From Edaphobacter aggregans (GTDB lineage Bacteria; Acidobacteriota; Terriglobia; Terriglobales; Acidobacteriaceae), in the NCBI RefSeq assembly GCF_003945235.1, contig NZ_RSDW01000001.1, positions 5,190,001 to 5,222,000 of the forward strand: a stretch of 32,000 nucleotides of DNA, read 5' to 3'. Numbering within the stretch: the stretch's first letter is position 1; every line of letters starts with the position of its first letter. Of this stretch, positions 30,399-32,000 are shown one piece after another. The notes beneath the pieces are model-generated. The model did not search any database. It worked only from the letters and a program-made list of their open reading frames with translations, and was not told where the DNA came from. Made by a program: the position numbers and the translations under genes.

Positions 30399-30824
30399 TT
30401 ACGCCGTGGTCGTCGCGCAGTATGTATCGAACGCCCGCGTCAGCTCCTGAGCAATCGCCGGAGCCGTCGAGGTCTCAATCGCCGACCGCTGCATCAGGTA
30501 CACCAGTTGCCCATCGCGAAGAATCGCAATCGCCGGCGACGTCGGCGGATGTCCGCCGAAGTAGCTACGCGCCTTCTCAGTCGCATCGCGATCCTGCCCC
30601 GCAAACACCGTCACCGAATGGTCAGGCTTTGCCGTGTGCTGCATCGCCAGACGAACCCCAGGGCGCATCTTCCCGGCTGCGCACCCGCAGATCGAGTTGA
30701 CCACAACCATCGTCGTCCCCGGCTGAGCCAGCGCAGCCTCCACATCAGCCGCCGTCCGTGCTTCCTTCAGCCCTGCCCGAGTCAACTCCTCGCGCATCGG
30801 AATCACCATAATCTCTGGATACAT
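30399..30824 (-). CDS. brx: Bacilliredoxin (BrxA/BrxB, YphP/YqiW family, DUF1094)
   Basis: The track ORF is 30399..30944. I prefer ATG 30824 (GAGGGGAG upstream), giving 141 aa. MYPEIMVIPMREELTRAGLKE...TTMVVVNSICGCAAGKMRPG...VTVFAGQDRDATEKARSYF...TRAFDTYC is collinear with my recollection of B. subtilis YphP, including the CGC redox motif. Confidence 0.88.
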   Translation of the reverse strand: MYPEIMVIPMREELTRAGLKEARTAADVEAALAQPGTTMVVVNSICGCAAGKMRPGVRLAMQHTAKPDHSVTVFAGQDRDATEKARSYFGGHPPTSPAIAILRDGQLVYLMQRSAIETSTAPAIAQELTRAFDTYCATTTA

Positions 30825-30952
30825 AAACTCTCCCCTCGAAACCACAAAAGAAACTGAAAACACCCGTCTCCTACGATTGTACGGTCTCCCTCCCCACCAC
30901 GCCACCCAGCCACGAATCCCGGCAGGCAACTCATTGCTGTTCAATCTTTAAA

Positions 30953-30978
30953 TCCGTGTACCTCCGTGCATATCCGTG
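30953..30978 (+). repeat. Three direct TCCGTG repeats phased at exactly 10 bp in the brx-murB divergent intergenic region
   Basis: TCCGTGtacc TCCGTGcata TCCGTG, at 30953-30958, 30963-30968 and 30973-30978. The array lies 32-57 bp upstream of the proposed murB start. Confidence 0.6.
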
Positions 30979-31009
30979 GTCGTCCCATCGATGTTGTACC
31001 CTCGAAACC

Positions 31010-32000
31010 GTGCCGTCCTCTACCCTCAACATCCAGCAGAACGTCCTGCTCGCCCCGTACACTACCTTCCGCATCGGTGGCCCCGCCCGCTTCTTCGCCA
31101 ACATCACCAGCGAAGCCGCCCTCCTCGAAGCCATCACCTACGCGCGCACCAACTCGCTCCCCATCTTCGTCCTAGGCGGAGGCAGCAACCTCCTCGTCAG
31201 CGACTCTGGCTTCGACGGCCTCGTCCTCCACATCGCCATCGCGCACCCCTTCCAGGCTCAACCCGATGGCAGTCACATCGACTACACCATCACCGCCGGC
31301 TGCGACTGGAACGCCTTCGTCCTCTATATCGCCAAGCAGGGAATCACCGGCATCGAGTGCCTCGCCGGCATCCCCGGCTCCGTCGGCGGCACCCCGGTTC
31401 AAAACGTAGGAGCCTACGGTCAAGAGGTAGCCGACACCATCACTTCCGTCCGCGCCCTCGACCTCGAAACCACCACTTTCGTCGATCTCACCCCCGACGA
31501 GTGCGGCTTCTCCTACCGCCGAAGCATCTTCAACACCACCCACCGCAACCGCTATATCGTCACCACAGTCAGCTTCCGCTTCGACCCCACCGCCAAACCG
31601 AACCTCACCTACGCCGATCTCACTCGCTACTTCGCCGGCCAAACTCCCACCCCCATCGACATCTACCACGCCGTCCGTACTATCCGTCACGGCAAAGGCA
31701 TGCTCCTCGTCGATGGCGAAGCCGACTGCCGCAGCGCAGGCTCCTTCTTCAAAAACCCCATCGTCCCCACCGGAATCCTCACCGCCATCGCCACGACCCT
31801 GAACATCCCCGCCGAAACCATCCCCAACTGGCCCGCCGCCGACGGCCAAACCAAAATCTCGGCCGCATGGCTCCTCGAAAAAGCCGGCTTCCCCAAAGGT
31901 TTCCAACAAGGCAACGCCGGAATCTCCTCACGCCACACTCTGGCCCTGATCAACCGAGGCAACGCCACCGCCGCCGACATCGAAGCCCTACGCGACACCA
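31010..32000 (+). CDS. murB: UDP-N-acetylenolpyruvoylglucosamine reductase (5' part; runs off the right edge)
   Basis: Not in the ORF track because there is no stop in the window. My translation in the 31010 frame gives (V)PSSTLNIQQNVLLAPYTTFRIGGPARFFANITSEAALLEAITYARTNSLPIFVLGGGSNLLVSDSGFDGLVL...GISSRHTLALINRGNATAADIEALRDT. The start codon is uncertain: GTG 31010 is proposed, and GTG 30956 is also in frame. Confidence 0.85.
   Translation, partial: MPSSTLNIQQNVLLAPYTTFRIGGPARFFANITSEAALLEAITYARTNSLPIFVLGGGSNLLVSDSGFDGLVLHIAIAHPFQAQPDGSHIDYTITAGCDWNAFVLYIAKQGITGIECLAGIPGSVGGTPVQNVGAYGQEVADTITSVRALDLETTTFVDLTPDECGFSYRRSIFNTTHRNRYIVTTVSFRFDPTAKPNLTYADLTRYFAGQTPTPIDIYHAVRTIRHGKGMLLVDGEADCRSAGSFFKNPIVPTGILTAIATTLNIPAETIPNWPAADGQTKISAAWLLEKAGFPKGFQQGNAGISSRHTLALINRGNATAADIEALRDT

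Noticed and set aside
31172-31909. 245-aa minus-strand ORF and 30966..31175 plus-strand ORF
   Set aside because: Both conflict with the murB reading frame, which shows unmistakable MurB motifs (APYTTFRIGGPARFF, VLGGGSNLLVSD). The minus ORF is Gly/Asp/Glu/Ala-rich shadow sequence.
1-32000. Scan for tRNA/rRNA, CRISPR arrays, IS elements, integrases, phage or toxin-antitoxin modules
   Set aside because: I found no T-loop/acceptor architecture outside coding sequence (GTTCGAA at ~3395 is inside fadA). There are no regularly spaced direct repeats with unique spacers. No transposase or integrase motifs and no terminal inverted repeats were seen.

Overview
This is a 32-kb chromosomal window, about 58-60% GC by eye. 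I saw no rRNA, tRNA, CRISPR array, transposase or integrase. The gene content suggests an Acidobacteriota (Terriglobia-like) genome; this is an inference from Ig-repeat sedolisin-like exoproteins, a bacilliredoxin and DUF1254/DUF1214 lipoproteins.

Gene order, left to right:
- A Tat-exported alginate-lyase-family gene (minus strand, truncated by the window edge, absent from the ORF track).
- A Bacillus-style fadN-fadA-fadE beta-oxidation operon with a promoter/operator candidate.
- Two tandem pro-kumamolisin/S53-type exoproteins with Ig-like repeats. The first appears to have lost its catalytic core.
- ppk1 (minus).
- A tight six-gene plus-strand cluster: ECF sigma factor, 2-TM protein, 62-aa coiled-coil ORF, and three paralogous DUF1254/DUF1214 envelope proteins.
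- A minus-strand sodium:solute symporter / small membrane protein / fucose-isomerase-like operon.
- A small secreted 11-mer-repeat protein, a TlpA-like thioredoxin, ctaA, proC, a DUF885 lipoprotein, a degenerate sigma54-activator-like regulator, a bacilliredoxin, and the 5' part of murB.

Findings I rank highest:
1. A sharp strand-composition (G/C third-position) polarity switch in the 9.5-9.75 kb intergenic gap. It has terminus-type polarity. A weak dif-like site lies about 11 kb away.
2. The ECF-sigma-linked triple DUF1254/DUF1214 locus, which has no recognisable anti-sigma domain.
3. The active/degenerate S53 paralogue pair. Both share an unusual C-terminal helix-RRRR-helix-Cys module that seems inserted into a beta-sandwich domain.
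4. An EBP-like regulator lacking GAFTGA, the Walker-B glutamate and any sensor domain.

All functional calls come from motif recognition by eye. No database search was run.
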